Positions 30,934-42,900 of a stretch of 64,000 nucleotides of DNA are shown here, one piece after another (positions within the stretch are counted from its first letter, which is position 1; the number at the start of each line of letters is the position of its first letter). The notes under the pieces are model-generated. The model was not told where the DNA came from. It ran no database searches and saw only the letters and a list, made by a program, of their open reading frames with translations. The stretch covers positions 201,809 to 265,808 of the forward strand of contig JAHLVW010000062.1 in the NCBI GenBank assembly GCA_019058275.1. The letters are read 5' to 3'. The DNA is from Candidatus Heimdallarchaeota archaeon (lineage in GTDB: Archaea; Asgardarchaeota; Heimdallarchaeia; JABLTI01). The position numbers and the translations under genes were made by a program.

Positions 30934-32814
30934 TTAATTATATTTTCTAGGTTTCTTTTTGTTAATCAAAACTAATATTACAGCTGCAAAAATTATCGCT
31001 ATAGAATAGAGATTAATACTTAATTGAGTTGTAAAACCAGGGATATCAAAACCAGCTATTTCCATAAAAGTTTTAGCTCTTTTTAGGTTATAATCATAGA
31101 CAATGATATCGGGATTACACCAAATACCTAAAGCAGGATAAATTGGTGTATTATATATATAATAATCTCCATCATGTATAACCTGATTAATTTCTTCACG
31201 ATTAATAGCATGACAAATTGCTTTTCTGATAGCCAATCCTTTTGTTAGTAATGGATCACGAGGAGCAGGATCACGATCCCCTAAAATTCCTCTCTCATTT
31301 CGAATATTAAAAGCTACAAAGCTAAACGAATATGTAAACTTTTTATGCACGTCAAAATTCCTGTCCTCTTGAAATTCTATTCTCTTTTCTCTATTCCAAC
31401 CTATTCCTTCAACATCTACCTTCCCAGCTTCAAATTCCAACAAAGATTTTTGTAAATCTGGTATAATTCTAATTCGTAATTGTGTTAATCCTCTTGAAAA
31501 ATTTCCAAAACGTCGTTCCCAATCAAGATCTGGATTATTTGTTTTATCAGGATCTAACCACCAGCAATCAGGTCTAATAGTTAGTACAGTTTCAACACCT
31601 TGCACATAATTTCCTATTTCAAATAAGCCTGTTCCATATCCACTCTGTGAGTACTCATTCCATGATGCATGTGTAGTATTTGGAGTGATGTTATCATCTA
31701 ATTGTGTTTGATTTAGAAAATGCTCTGGAAGAATATACTCTGATATCCTGTGCAGATATGGTGCAAATGGTTCGTTTTCTGGAGTATTTGGATTGCCATC
31801 AATAAAAATATCCAGAGTATATTCATCAACTATAACCATATCTTCTATCCATTCATATAGGTCCTGATTATTTGCTACCTCTTTCCAACAATACAATGTA
31901 AAGAAAACATCTCTAGCATCTAGATATTCATTTGTAAAACCCCAATCAGGTATATCTGCCCATTTTATACCTTCACGTATCTCAATACGAATATGTGTAT
32001 CGTTTATATGTGTGAAGCTTTTTGCTAAGTGAGGCCAAACTGTTTGATCTGTATCAAACCAAATCAAAGGATCCAATGTAGCACTGGATACTAAATTTGA
32101 TGAACTATCATTTTGAAACAAAGGTGAAAGTTCAGACCATTCAGCATCAGTTATGACTATTTCACTAGTGTTTTTTTGTCCTAGATGTTTATCTGACCAA
32201 AACATCTTCCCCCAAGATTGAAGGATACCATCTGAATAATTGTAACCTTTAAGTTGTGACCAAGAAACAATAAAATAAGAAGGTGTAAACATTGGAAGAA
32301 GTGGTAAAATATTATCCATAAGATGTTCTTGCCAATCATAATAATGTTGTATTCTCTCATCCGAATTAGGTGGCATAATGGTTCTTCCTTCTTTCAGATA
32401 CCATTCATTTTTCCCAGTTCCTAGTTCATCATTCCAATCCATGGAAGTATCATAACCAAAAAGATTAAGTGAACCGTTTTCATCATAAACACCAGTAAAA
32501 TCTGGATTACCACCACCACCAGTAAGTCCAATGAAAGTAATATCAAAATTAAAGCCCATTAACATCTCATAAACAAATGTTGACCAATCAACATTTCTAA
32601 TATTCAAATTAATTCCTATTCGATTTAATTGTTGATTTAACATATTGAAATAATCAGGTTTAACTCCTCCTCCGTGTTCTAAAGCTTCTAAAGTAAAGAA
32701 TGGTGAAATAGAATTCGTCTTAATTGGTTCAACAAGAACTAATGTAGTTGATATAATGATTATAATATTTATACAGAGAGAAAACCTTCTCTTATTTCCC
32801 CTCAAAATACTCAC
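30934..32814 (-). CDS. Family-5 (Opp/Dpp) solute-binding protein, circularly permuted, C-terminal TM anchor
   Basis: PHLAKS, IREGIKW, DVFFT, GTG, RKAICHAINR, YDYN..RAK motifs; the only intact full-length copy. Confidence 0.88.
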   Translation of the reverse strand: MSILRGNKRRFSLCINIIIIISTTLVLVEPIKTNSISPFFTLEALEHGGGVKPDYFNMLNQQLNRIGINLNIRNVDWSTFVYEMLMGFNFDITFIGLTGGGGNPDFTGVYDENGSLNLFGYDTSMDWNDELGTGKNEWYLKEGRTIMPPNSDERIQHYYDWQEHLMDNILPLLPMFTPSYFIVSWSQLKGYNYSDGILQSWGKMFWSDKHLGQKNTSEIVITDAEWSELSPLFQNDSSSNLVSSATLDPLIWFDTDQTVWPHLAKSFTHINDTHIRIEIREGIKWADIPDWGFTNEYLDARDVFFTLYCWKEVANNQDLYEWIEDMVIVDEYTLDIFIDGNPNTPENEPFAPYLHRISEYILPEHFLNQTQLDDNITPNTTHASWNEYSQSGYGTGLFEIGNYVQGVETVLTIRPDCWWLDPDKTNNPDLDWERRFGNFSRGLTQLRIRIIPDLQKSLLEFEAGKVDVEGIGWNREKRIEFQEDRNFDVHKKFTYSFSFVAFNIRNERGILGDRDPAPRDPLLTKGLAIRKAICHAINREEINQVIHDGDYYIYNTPIYPALGIWCNPDIIVYDYNLKRAKTFMEIAGFDIPGFTTQLSINLYSIAIIFAAVILVLINKKKPRKYN

Positions 32815-32925
32815 ACAATACTTACTGTCAAACTTATTATAAATACTTTTTAGTATAACAAAGTGTTTGATTCTTTCTTAGTATAAAAAAGGGATTTGAC
32901 TAGTAGCAGTCACACCTATGCTTTA

Positions 32926-34788
32926 TCATGGACTAGGTTTTTTCTTGAAAAGGATAATAACAACAGCTACAGCAAGAATTAATGTTAAAGGATAAAGATT
33001 GCCATTAATAGATGGAGTAAAATTAGGTATGTCAAAGCCAGCTATTTCCATAAACATTTTAGTTTTCGTTAAGTCATAATCATAGACTATGATATCAGGA
33101 TTGCACCAAATACCCAATTTGAATAAATTGGTGTATTATATATATGGTATTCTCCACTATGCATAATTTTGTTAATTTCTTCGCGATTAATTGCATGACA
33201 CATTGCTTTTCTTATTGCTAATCCTTTTGTTAATAATGGATTGCTTGGAGCAGGTTCTCTATTCCCTAAAATACCTCTTTCTTCTCGAATATTGAATATT
33301 ACAAAACTAAATGTATAATGAATATTCTTCTGAATGCTATAGGTTGGATTTTGTTCTAAATCTAATCTCTTTTTTCTATTCCAAAAAATATCTACGATAT
33401 CTACATTCCCAGCTTCAAATTCCAAAATAGAAGTCTGTAAATCAGGAATGATTTTAATTCTTAATTGTGACAACCTGCCTGAAAAATCACCAAAACGTCG
33501 TTCCCAATCAAGTGTAGGATCCTTAGTAATTGTAGCATTAAGTCTCCAACAATCAGGTCTTACAGTAAGAATTGTTTCAACACCTTCAATATAGCTACTG
33601 ATATTAAACAATCCTGTACCATAACAATTTTGCGAATATTCATTCCATGCTGGATGTGTGATATCTGGTGTTATGTTATCCACTAGTTGTGATTGATTTA
33701 AAAAGTGTTCAGGAAACATTCTAATTGCAATTCTTGGAAGATACTTTGCAAATGGTTCATTTTCGGGAGTTAGAGGGTCTTCATCGATATAGAAGTCTAT
33801 AGTATGATCATCAATTATAACCATCTCATCTATCCATTCATATAAATGTTGATCATTAGAGACTTCTTGCCAAAAATAAAATGTGAAGTAAACATCTTTG
33901 GCATCTAGATATTCGTTAGTAAAACTCCAACTAGGTATATCTGCCCATTTTATTCCTTCACGTATCTCAATACGAACATGAATGTCATTTATATGAGTGA
34001 AGCTTTTTGCTAAGTGAGGTCAAACTGAAAGATCTGAATCATACCAAATTAGAGGATCCATTATAGCACTGGATATTAAACTTGTTGAACTATCATCTTG
34101 AAAGAAAGGTGAAAGCTCAGACCATTCAGCTTCTGTTATGACTATTTCTCTTGTGCTTTTTTGTCTTGGATGTTTATTTTCCCATAACATTTTTCCCAAT
34201 ATTGTAAAAGACCATCAGTGTAATTATAACCTTCTAATTCTGACCATGTTGCTACATATCCATAAGATGTAAATGTTGGAAAAATTGGTAGAATATTATC
34301 CATGAGATGTTCTTGCCAATCATAGTAATGTTGTATTCTTTCTTCTGAATTTGGTGGCATAATTAGTAAGCCTTGATCCATATACCACTCATTCTTACCA
34401 GTTCCCAATTCATCGTCCCAATCCATGGAGGTGTCATATCCAAACACATTCATTGAACCGTTTTCATTATAAACACCAGTAAAATCAGGATCACCTCCAC
34501 AACCTGTTAACCCAATATATGTTATGTCAAAGTCTCGGTATGCGATCAATTCACCAACAAATTCTGGCCAATCAGCATACCTAACATTTAAATCAATACC
34601 AATCTGACTCAATTGTTGATCTATCAAATGGAAATAATCGTATCTTGTAGGTCCACCACTTGCTATAGCATATAAAGTAAAAATGGGGTTATAGAATCTC
34701 CTTTTGTTGGTTCATTAAAAACTAAAGGTGATGATTTTATAAGAACTGCAAAAATTAAAACGTAAATCCTCCTCATTTTGCCCCTCAT
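32926..34788 (-). pseudogene. Family-5 solute-binding protein paralogue, disrupted
   Basis: Collinear with 30934..32814; frameshifts near 34682, 34195 and 33120; TGA at 34020 where the paralogue has Trp. Confidence 0.85.
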
Positions 34789-34906
34789 TATAACCACTCA
34801 CAGTAATTAACATTGATTCAAAAAAATAAAAATTTTTCTGTAAAATAAGAGTTTCATTTATCAATCAGAGGATAAAAAATTGGTGTGATTAGTAATTATC
34901 ACACTG

Positions 34907-36772
34907 TTAATTTTTCTTTTTAGTGAATTTAGATTTTCTTATGAAGAAGAAAATCACAACAACTATTGAAAAAATAACTGTTAATGAGTAAATATTAGTA
35001 CCAGCTGGAATGGTAAAATCTGGGATATCATAACCTGCAATTTCCATGTAAGTTTTAGCTTTGGTTAAATCATAGTTGTATTTAATGATATCTGGTTTGC
35101 ACCATGTGCTTAATGTTGGATGAATCAGCCAATGGTTAATATAAGCATCTCCTCCATAGAAAATTCTGTTTAATTCATTGCGATTTATCGTATAGCATAT
35201 TGCTTTTCTTACAGCTAATCCCTTGGTTATATCAGAATCACCTGGTGCTGGTTCAAAATTATCTAGAATTTCATTATCTTGTAAGTTAAACACAATAAAT
35301 TCAAATGCATTACCCAATTTATTTTGTATAGTAAATGAATTACTTTCTTGATATTTTTGTCTTTTAAAATAATTACTAGAAATGGATATTAGATCTATGT
35401 TTCCATCTTCAAAAGCTTTTGTTTCTACATTTTCATCTTCAATAATTCTAATTCGAAGTTGGTCTAATCCACCTGAGAAATCACCAAATCGTTCTACCCA
35501 ATTAAGTTCTTCATCATTTGTTATATCTGAATCCAACCACCAACTATCTGGCCTAACAGCTAGAACTGTTTCTATATTTGGAGTGAATGAATCTATTTCA
35601 AATAATCCTGTTCCAAAACAATGTGTAGCAAATGTATTCCATGAGGGATGAAAAATATCTGGTGTAACACCATCTTCCAATTGTGTTTGGTTTAAGTAGT
35701 GTTCAGGAAGTATGGGTAAGTCAAGGTATTGTATTAATGGAGCATAACCTTCCTCGTAATATTCATCTACGTATATTCTCATTGTTATATCATCAACAAT
35801 TTCTGTATCACCTAACCAGCGATAAGGATATAAATCACAGGAAACTCTTCTTAAGACATAAAAGGTGAAATAGCCATCTCTAATATCAAAATAATGGTCA
35901 ACAAACAATCCATCAGGATCTGTTGCCCATTTAATCCCTTCTCTTACTTCAATTTCTACTGTTGTGTCATTAATATATTCAATTCTTTTAGCAAGATGAT
36001 TCTCTGCATTCTTGTTGCCATCAAATGTTACAAGTGAATCCATACATAAGGAACTAATAAACATCGATGAGCTATCATCTTGATATAATGGATTAAGGTC
36101 TGACTAAGCATTATCAGCTATTACTATCTCATTTATGCTTGACTGTCCTGTATGTGAGCCATCCCAAGACATTTTACCCTAAGACCGATGAATATCTTCT
36201 ATATAATTATATCCTTGTAAATTTGACCAATGCGCTTTATAATTATAAGGAATAAAAGTAGGTAGCATTGGACATAGATTATCCATTAAATGTTGTTCCC
36301 AATTCCAATAATGTTGTATTCGTTCTTCGGAATTGTCCGGTAAGATTTTAGAACCCTCAGATAGGTACCACTCATTTAAACCAGTTTTAATATCATCATT
36401 CCAATCCATACTAGTATTAAAAGCAGAAGACGTTCAATGAACCATTTTCACTATAAATACCTCTATAATCATTAGGATCAATGTCACTACCCGAAATACC
36501 AACATAGGTCATATCATAACTATGATGTTTAATAAGCTCAAAAACCATCGTTGACCAGCTAACTATATTTATGTCTAAATCAATACCAATTAGGTTTAGT
36601 TGTTGATCAATTATATTGAAATAATCAGCTCTTTCACCTTCATTTATTATTACTTTTAGAGTAAAGAATGGAGATGAGGTATCTCCTCTAATGGGGTATA
36701 TTGTGTAAAAGCTGATGAAATAAATAAGACTATGATTAAGCAATTTATGACCCTATACATTTTACCTCTCAA
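34907..36772 (-). pseudogene. Family-5 solute-binding protein paralogue, disrupted
   Basis: TAG at 36179 and 36104, both at paralogue Trp positions; frameshift near 36420. Confidence 0.85.
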
Positions 36773-36871
36773 GAAAATTCACCAAATAATATAGATTCTT
36801 TTATAATAAATAATTTCTTATAAATATTAACATAATAAATTTGAAATAAAAAACAAAAGGGTAGTATTTAC

Positions 36872-37831
36872 CTACCACTCAGAATTATTTGTAACTAAAT
36901 TTGCTTTTTTCTCTGCAACACTGATGGTGGCAATTGTACCTGAATTAAATTCAAGAAAATCAGACTGAATTCCATCATTAAAAATTACACCATTTTCTGA
37001 CATATGTGATTCGATGGTTAAGTCAATATCTGAATAAATGGTATCAAAGATAATACTAGCAGAAGATATTTTGCTAACAAAAGGTTCTCTAACAGAGAAA
37101 TAAATGTAATTAGCATCCCATGGAAATCGATATTCATCCTCTGTAGCTTGATCAATTTGTACACTATATTTTCTGAATTTATAAACTATACCAATTGCAC
37201 CTGTAATTACTGAGCGAAACCAAGCAGTAGATCCAGCTCCTGTTGAAACGATAATTCCACTGGAGCTTTGACGTTCAGTAAAATTGTTAAAAGTTATTGT
37301 GTATCTTGCAGAACCATGTGATTTGTGACCAATAAATAAGTCATTTACTCCATATAATTGCTGTCCATTGTTTAATTTAGCAACAGCCATTGTCACTTTA
37401 ATTGAATTAAATTCTCCATCAGCTACCTTTTGTAGTATTTTGGGAAATTGTTCAACAGAAAATGGAATCATTATTCCATCAAATCTTTTTGGATCAGGAT
37501 TTACAGCGATAATTAGTTGATTCTCGAGATACTTTGCAGTGTTAATAACTAATCTGTCTTGTCCTATACATACAATAAGATTATTTGGACCAAAGAGGAA
37601 ATTAGGTAGAAAGGATTTCTCAATGATTTGAAATTTATACTCCAGAGGTATTGATTTCTTAAGTTTCTCAAGCGACAAATAGTATTGCTTATGAGCATCT
37701 TCATATTCTTCAAAGGATCCGCCCATATGCTCTATGTAAAATTTTGCTTGTGATTTTGTATTAAATCGTTCAATTAATCCTTCTAACCACGTTTTCATGG
37801 TTACAACGACAATCTTATCAATCTTAGTCAT
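36872..37831 (-). CDS. NAD-kinase-like (sugar kinase) protein
   Basis: GQD(R)LV.NTAKY, NDLFIG, SSGIIVSTGAGSTAW, VREPF. Confidence 0.8.
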   Translation of the reverse strand: MTKIDKIVVVTMKTWLEGLIERFNTKSQAKFYIEHMGGSFEEYEDAHKQYYLSLEKLKKSIPLEYKFQIIEKSFLPNFLFGPNNLIVCIGQDRLVINTAKYLENQLIIAVNPDPKRFDGIMIPFSVEQFPKILQKVADGEFNSIKVTMAVAKLNNGQQLYGVNDLFIGHKSHGSARYTITFNNFTERQSSSGIIVSTGAGSTAWFRSVITGAIGIVYKFRKYSVQIDQATEDEYRFPWDANYIYFSVREPFVSKISSASIIFDTIYSDIDLTIESHMSENGVIFNDGIQSDFLEFNSGTIATISVAEKKANLVTNNSEW

Positions 37832-37845
37832 CTCGATGACCTGTG

Positions 37846-38709
37846 TTACTTTTTAGTTCCCTTTAATATCGAGGCCAAGATTTCTGGAGTAATAGTAAGT
37901 GTATCTATTTTATCTGCATTTTCACCTATTTCTTTGAGTGCCAAAGCTAATAATGTATCTGGTACTAATTTCTTGTATGCTGCTAATTCGGTTTCATTTG
38001 CTTTTGCTCGGAATTCTGCTTCTTTGAAGATGTTTTCACCTTCAAGAGCTACAAATTGTTTTCTCTTCTTTTCTAGAGCTATTTGGGAATTTAATTCATT
38101 TTCTTTTATTTTACTCTCTTGTTCAACTGCTGCTGCTCTTCGCTCAAATATAGCTTTGTCAGCTTTCATTTGTAAATTCTCACGATATTCAGCTTCTAAA
38201 GCTCTCGCAAGTTCAGGTGTTGGACGAATTGAAAGAAAAGTTACAGATAGAATATCTATGCCCATTTCTTTTATTATATTGCTACCTTCAACAGATTCCA
38301 TTATTTTACTGGCAAGCATTTCAGAAGAAACAAGTGCTTGTTCAAGCTCCATCTTCTCTATTTCACTTCTTGTTCTGACTTGAAAGACATTTTTAATTCT
38401 CATTTCAAGCTTCTCTGGATCTTCTGTCAGATATTGTTTTGATCTAGGATGAATCTGGAAATCAAGAATTGTTGCCATTCTTTTTGGGTCTTTAATTTTA
38501 TACATAAAATGACCTTGTAGAGTAATTGCTTGGTTGTTCTTAGTTATCTCATTGAATACAAAATTAGAGTCAATAGTCATAGCAGGAATAGTTGCTATAC
38601 TTGTATTGATTCTCCAATAGAAAAAGCTTAAACCATGACCTGATCGTCTTCTTTTTCCATTAACGAACTTGATAATAAATTTTGATGGATCATCTTTAAA
38701 ATAAGCCAA
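37846..38709 (-). CDS. SPFH/Band 7 domain protein
   Basis: G.GLSFFY N-terminus, SPFH core, coiled coil AIFERRAAAVEQESKIKENEL. Confidence 0.82.
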   Translation of the reverse strand: MAYFKDDPSKFIIKFVNGKRRRSGHGLSFFYWRINTSIATIPAMTIDSNFVFNEITKNNQAITLQGHFMYKIKDPKRMATILDFQIHPRSKQYLTEDPEKLEMRIKNVFQVRTRSEIEKMELEQALVSSEMLASKIMESVEGSNIIKEMGIDILSVTFLSIRPTPELARALEAEYRENLQMKADKAIFERRAAAVEQESKIKENELNSQIALEKKRKQFVALEGENIFKEAEFRAKANETELAAYKKLVPDTLLALALKEIGENADKIDTLTITPEILASILKGTKK

Positions 38710-39026
38710 TTTAATTCAGCGATGATAAAGCTATTTTTTGAATAAATATTGATTTTCATACTTTTCTTTTAACTTTTCACATGATAACTTATACTAATTC
38801 ATCAATTTGCTTTTTATCAAGCAATTATTTCTTTTAGCTGTTTTTTTTTGTCGGATTTTGCTACCAACTATAGATATTTATATGATTGCAAGAGAGAGGA
38901 TTTTAGACTATTTTATACTGAGGGAATAGTTGTATTTGGAAGACGCAAATATTCCCAATTCAAGATAAAAAAGGTTGAGATTAAGGTAGGAATTATTATA
39001 GCACAATTTATAGGGTAGTGTGATTT

Positions 39027-39758
39027 ATGACACAAAACACCAGTAGTATATCAAGATTAATTCGTTTTACAGAGGACAAAATTGTTTGCACTGGTGGTGT
39101 TGTTTTCATAGGAGACGGAAACACAGGTAAAACTCACACAGCTTTTAGTATTACTAATTATCAAGGAAAAGCCTTTTACAACCTTGATGATGACACTTTA
39201 AAGAAATCCGTTAATCTTGAATGGGATTATTTTATCTTTCAATCAAACATTGAAGAGTATTTAATCAGAACCAGCTCACAAATATTTATTATGCCTGGAC
39301 AAAAAGGTAGAGCCAAACCTGGTGAAGGTTTAGCTTTTGAAGATGCAGCTGACCTTTATTTTCATGTAGCTCCAATAAAAATAGTTGTTGTATTAATTTT
39401 AACTTATGATCTTTCTGACATCAAGACATTTCAAGAATTAGAATATTGGTTAGATAGAGCAATTGAAAGAGATATGATTCAAACTCATACTAGCATAATA
39501 ATTCTAGGAACACATTTAGATGAATCTGATAATATTATGGTTTCAGATGACTATATTGATGATGCTAAAGACTTTGTTAAATCACTTATTTTTGCTAGAA
39601 TAGGAATGGTTCTAGATTCAAATAAAATTCATTCTGTGAAAGTTTCCAATATTACTGGAGAAGGTATTGCAGATTTAAAGGACGCTATAAACATATCATT
39701 TCTAACTGCTTTCAACTTGTTTGGTTTCGTTAGTAATAAGAAAGAGATTTCATTTTAG
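39027..39758 (+). CDS. Divergent Ras-superfamily (Roc/Rab-like) small GTPase
   Basis: G1 GDGNTGKT, G3-like MPGQ, YDLS, G4 GTHLD, G5 VSN. Confidence 0.75.
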   Translation: MTQNTSSISRLIRFTEDKIVCTGGVVFIGDGNTGKTHTAFSITNYQGKAFYNLDDDTLKKSVNLEWDYFIFQSNIEEYLIRTSSQIFIMPGQKGRAKPGEGLAFEDAADLYFHVAPIKIVVVLILTYDLSDIKTFQELEYWLDRAIERDMIQTHTSIIILGTHLDESDNIMVSDDYIDDAKDFVKSLIFARIGMVLDSNKIHSVKVSNITGEGIADLKDAINISFLTAFNLFGFVSNKKEISF

Positions 39759-39967
39759 AATTTGTGTTTTAATATGCAAATTTACTATTATTCAGTTTTT
39801 TACCCAATTATAAAAACTTAAAAGATTGTTTTAGTAATCAATAAACTAGAATCCGAAAAAGAATCATTGAATTAGATGAATTCTTTGCTTAATTCTAAAG
39901 AATTAGATTTGTAATTATTGACAAAAACAAATAAGATGTTAAAAATGAAATTAAGACGGGGTCCCAA

Positions 39968-42900
39968 ATGTTGAGAAAACAATCAAAGATTTATTGTCTA
40001 TTTTTGCTAATTTTATTTATCAATTCATTAATTTATTATTCAGAAATAAAAGGAGAAGAACCTTCTGTTAACAAAAAAGATGATTTAGAATCAGCTTCTC
40101 TTACATCAACTAACGCTGAGAATATTCCCAATCTTCCTGGAATTGTAGATTCTATTAACACAAGTGGAAGTTTCAAATTAAGAGCATTCTTCACCCAAGA
40201 TAATTTTGTTGATATAGATGAAAATGGATATGTTTACGAATGGGAGGACTATAATGATGTTCGATATAATGGTGAAGATAGTATTTATGCAAAATTCCGA
40301 CAATATACTGGTTCCTCTGATCCAGATATATTTTGGCCCCCTGTTGATACATATCAACAATTACGTAGTGAAAGTTTAATTAATGGTGAACATATTAACT
40401 CAACAGTTTTTAGTCCTGTTTTTAATTTTAATACCAAAATTCAAGGGAAAATCTTCTTCTTAGTCCATGGAGATGTTTGGCCTAGCTTTACTGCTAATTG
40501 GATATTGAAAATCACTTTAGATCTTTTTAACTCAACAGATAAAACTACAATATATGTAACTTCAACAGAGAATCATTTTGATGATACTCCAAATCAAGGC
40601 ACTACTTTTGAAGCAAATATAGCTAAAGCAGTTACAATCCCAGCTGGTTTCAGATTGAGGTTAACCTATGAAGTCATGAGAGATAGTGGTACTCCTGAGG
40701 GTAACGTCGAAATAAGAACTGGTGAAGTTAATTTGGGATCAAATTTACCTTGGATTGTTAACGATATAAATAATACTTATGATAAAACATATGCATTACA
40801 CAATTTTCGCTCTACATTAGGTATACAGCTCTTAATGTATGAAGAAAGTTTTCCAACAATTGATTTAACAGGATTTACAAATAACACCATTTATTCTGAT
40901 TCTACTAATGCGACAATAACTGTTTCTGATTCCATACTAAACAATTACAAATGGGATAGTGATAGTTTTGCTGAATTCACATCACCATATATTGTATCTT
41001 TACCAGAGACACAAGGTTGGCATACATTGACAATTAAAGCGGAGGATTATTATGTCAATATTATAGAGGATAGTTTTATTGTAGGTTATGATTCATCACC
41101 TACAACTGTTATTTTAGAAAGTCCTGCAAACAATTCTCTGGTTACAGATGGACAAACATTAAACTTCTCAGTTTATGGAGTTACAGAAAATCCATATTAT
41201 GAATGGGATAAAATTGCTCCGCAATATACTCTTCTTGGACCAGCTTATGATATTTATTTATCAACAGATTTTAATGATCTGCACAATTTAACTATTTATG
41301 CTACAACAGATTTTGGTTTAGAAAAGTTCGTTTATTTCTTTGAATTTGATAATTCTGTTCCTGTAATTTCACTAAAAAATGTAGTTAACGATACAGATCA
41401 ACCACCTTTCAAGAATATTGATGTTGAAATAACTGATAGAAGTGACCTAGAGATATTATATAAATGGGATGATGAAAATAGTAACTCTACTTGGGCTCCA
41501 ATTGAAGGAGATACTTATAGAACTTATTTACCAGCTTCAGATGAGTATCATTTTCTATATATTTACGCTGAAGATAGTTTCAATCTTTCAAGTAAAGCTG
41601 TTTACAGATTTAATACAAGTGCCTTTACACTTTTGGTTGATTTAAAGACAATGGTGAATGGTTCATATTATTTTGGCAACGATATTGTTGAAGTCACTAT
41701 CGTTAATTATAATTTAACATGCAAATATAAATGGGGAAATAATCCTTTGAGTATCGGTACTGTTATTGATAATACATTGAATTTAAGTGGAGGAGATGCT
41801 TTATCACAAAATCCTGGAACATATTGGTTAACAATAATTGTTTACGACCTACAACATTTACAATGCGAATTTGTTTTCAAATTTATAGTGGATCGAGAAA
41901 AACCTACAATCATACAAGACCCAACAGATCCATATAATGATTTGAGATTCTTGCAAGCAACAACTCTTAGATTTACAATTGCAGATAACTGGACAATTGC
42001 AGATCAAATAGAAATCTATCTATCTTTAGATAATGCAGCAAATGTTACTTATTCTGCAATAATTAACTACTATTTAGGTTCTGTTGAAGAAGGCTTGCAT
42101 AATTTGACAATAATAGCTATTGATATAGCAGGTAATTCATACAAGTATTTCATTACTTTCACGATAGATATATCGAGTCCTGGAGTATCAGTAACTATTG
42201 ACAAGTTAGCTACTTTATTAGATGGTAGCAGATATGTACCTGCTGATACAACAGTTACAGTTGTTTTAACAGATGATGATCTTACAATCAATAGTTACTA
42301 TAGCTGGAATTCTAATGATTATCTTTCATTCACAGATAATTTCACTTTACCTTCTACTGAAGGTTTTGCTGCTTTGATAATCAAAGCAAATGATAGTTTA
42401 GGAAATTATAGAACTAGAACATACTGGTTAATAATAGATAACACTTCACCTTATATTACTCTAAAATTCATTAATAATGAATCAAAAATTAATCTTGAAA
42501 CAGCTTTAAGGTTTAATATTGAAGATTTATCCAACAATACAGTAGATCTCATAACAACCGAATGGAATCTAGATGCTGGTCCAAGCATAAAAGATGAAAC
42601 TGACTTTACAGTTTATCTAATAGGATTATATCTAACACACACAGAAGCTAATTTAACAATTTACTCGCGTGATGTTGTAGGTAATGAACGAACTCACGTT
42701 TATCTGTTTTATTTAGATTTTACAGCTCCTGTTTATGAATTAGTTGGATTAACAAACAATTCTTATGTCAGGGGAAATTCAACAATTGATTTCAATGTCA
42801 TATCAAATGACTTATCATCATTCTATTATAGTTGGGACAACAATCCTGATTTAACTTCATTAAATGACCCTTGGGATTTACTTGTTCCTCTAGATGATGG

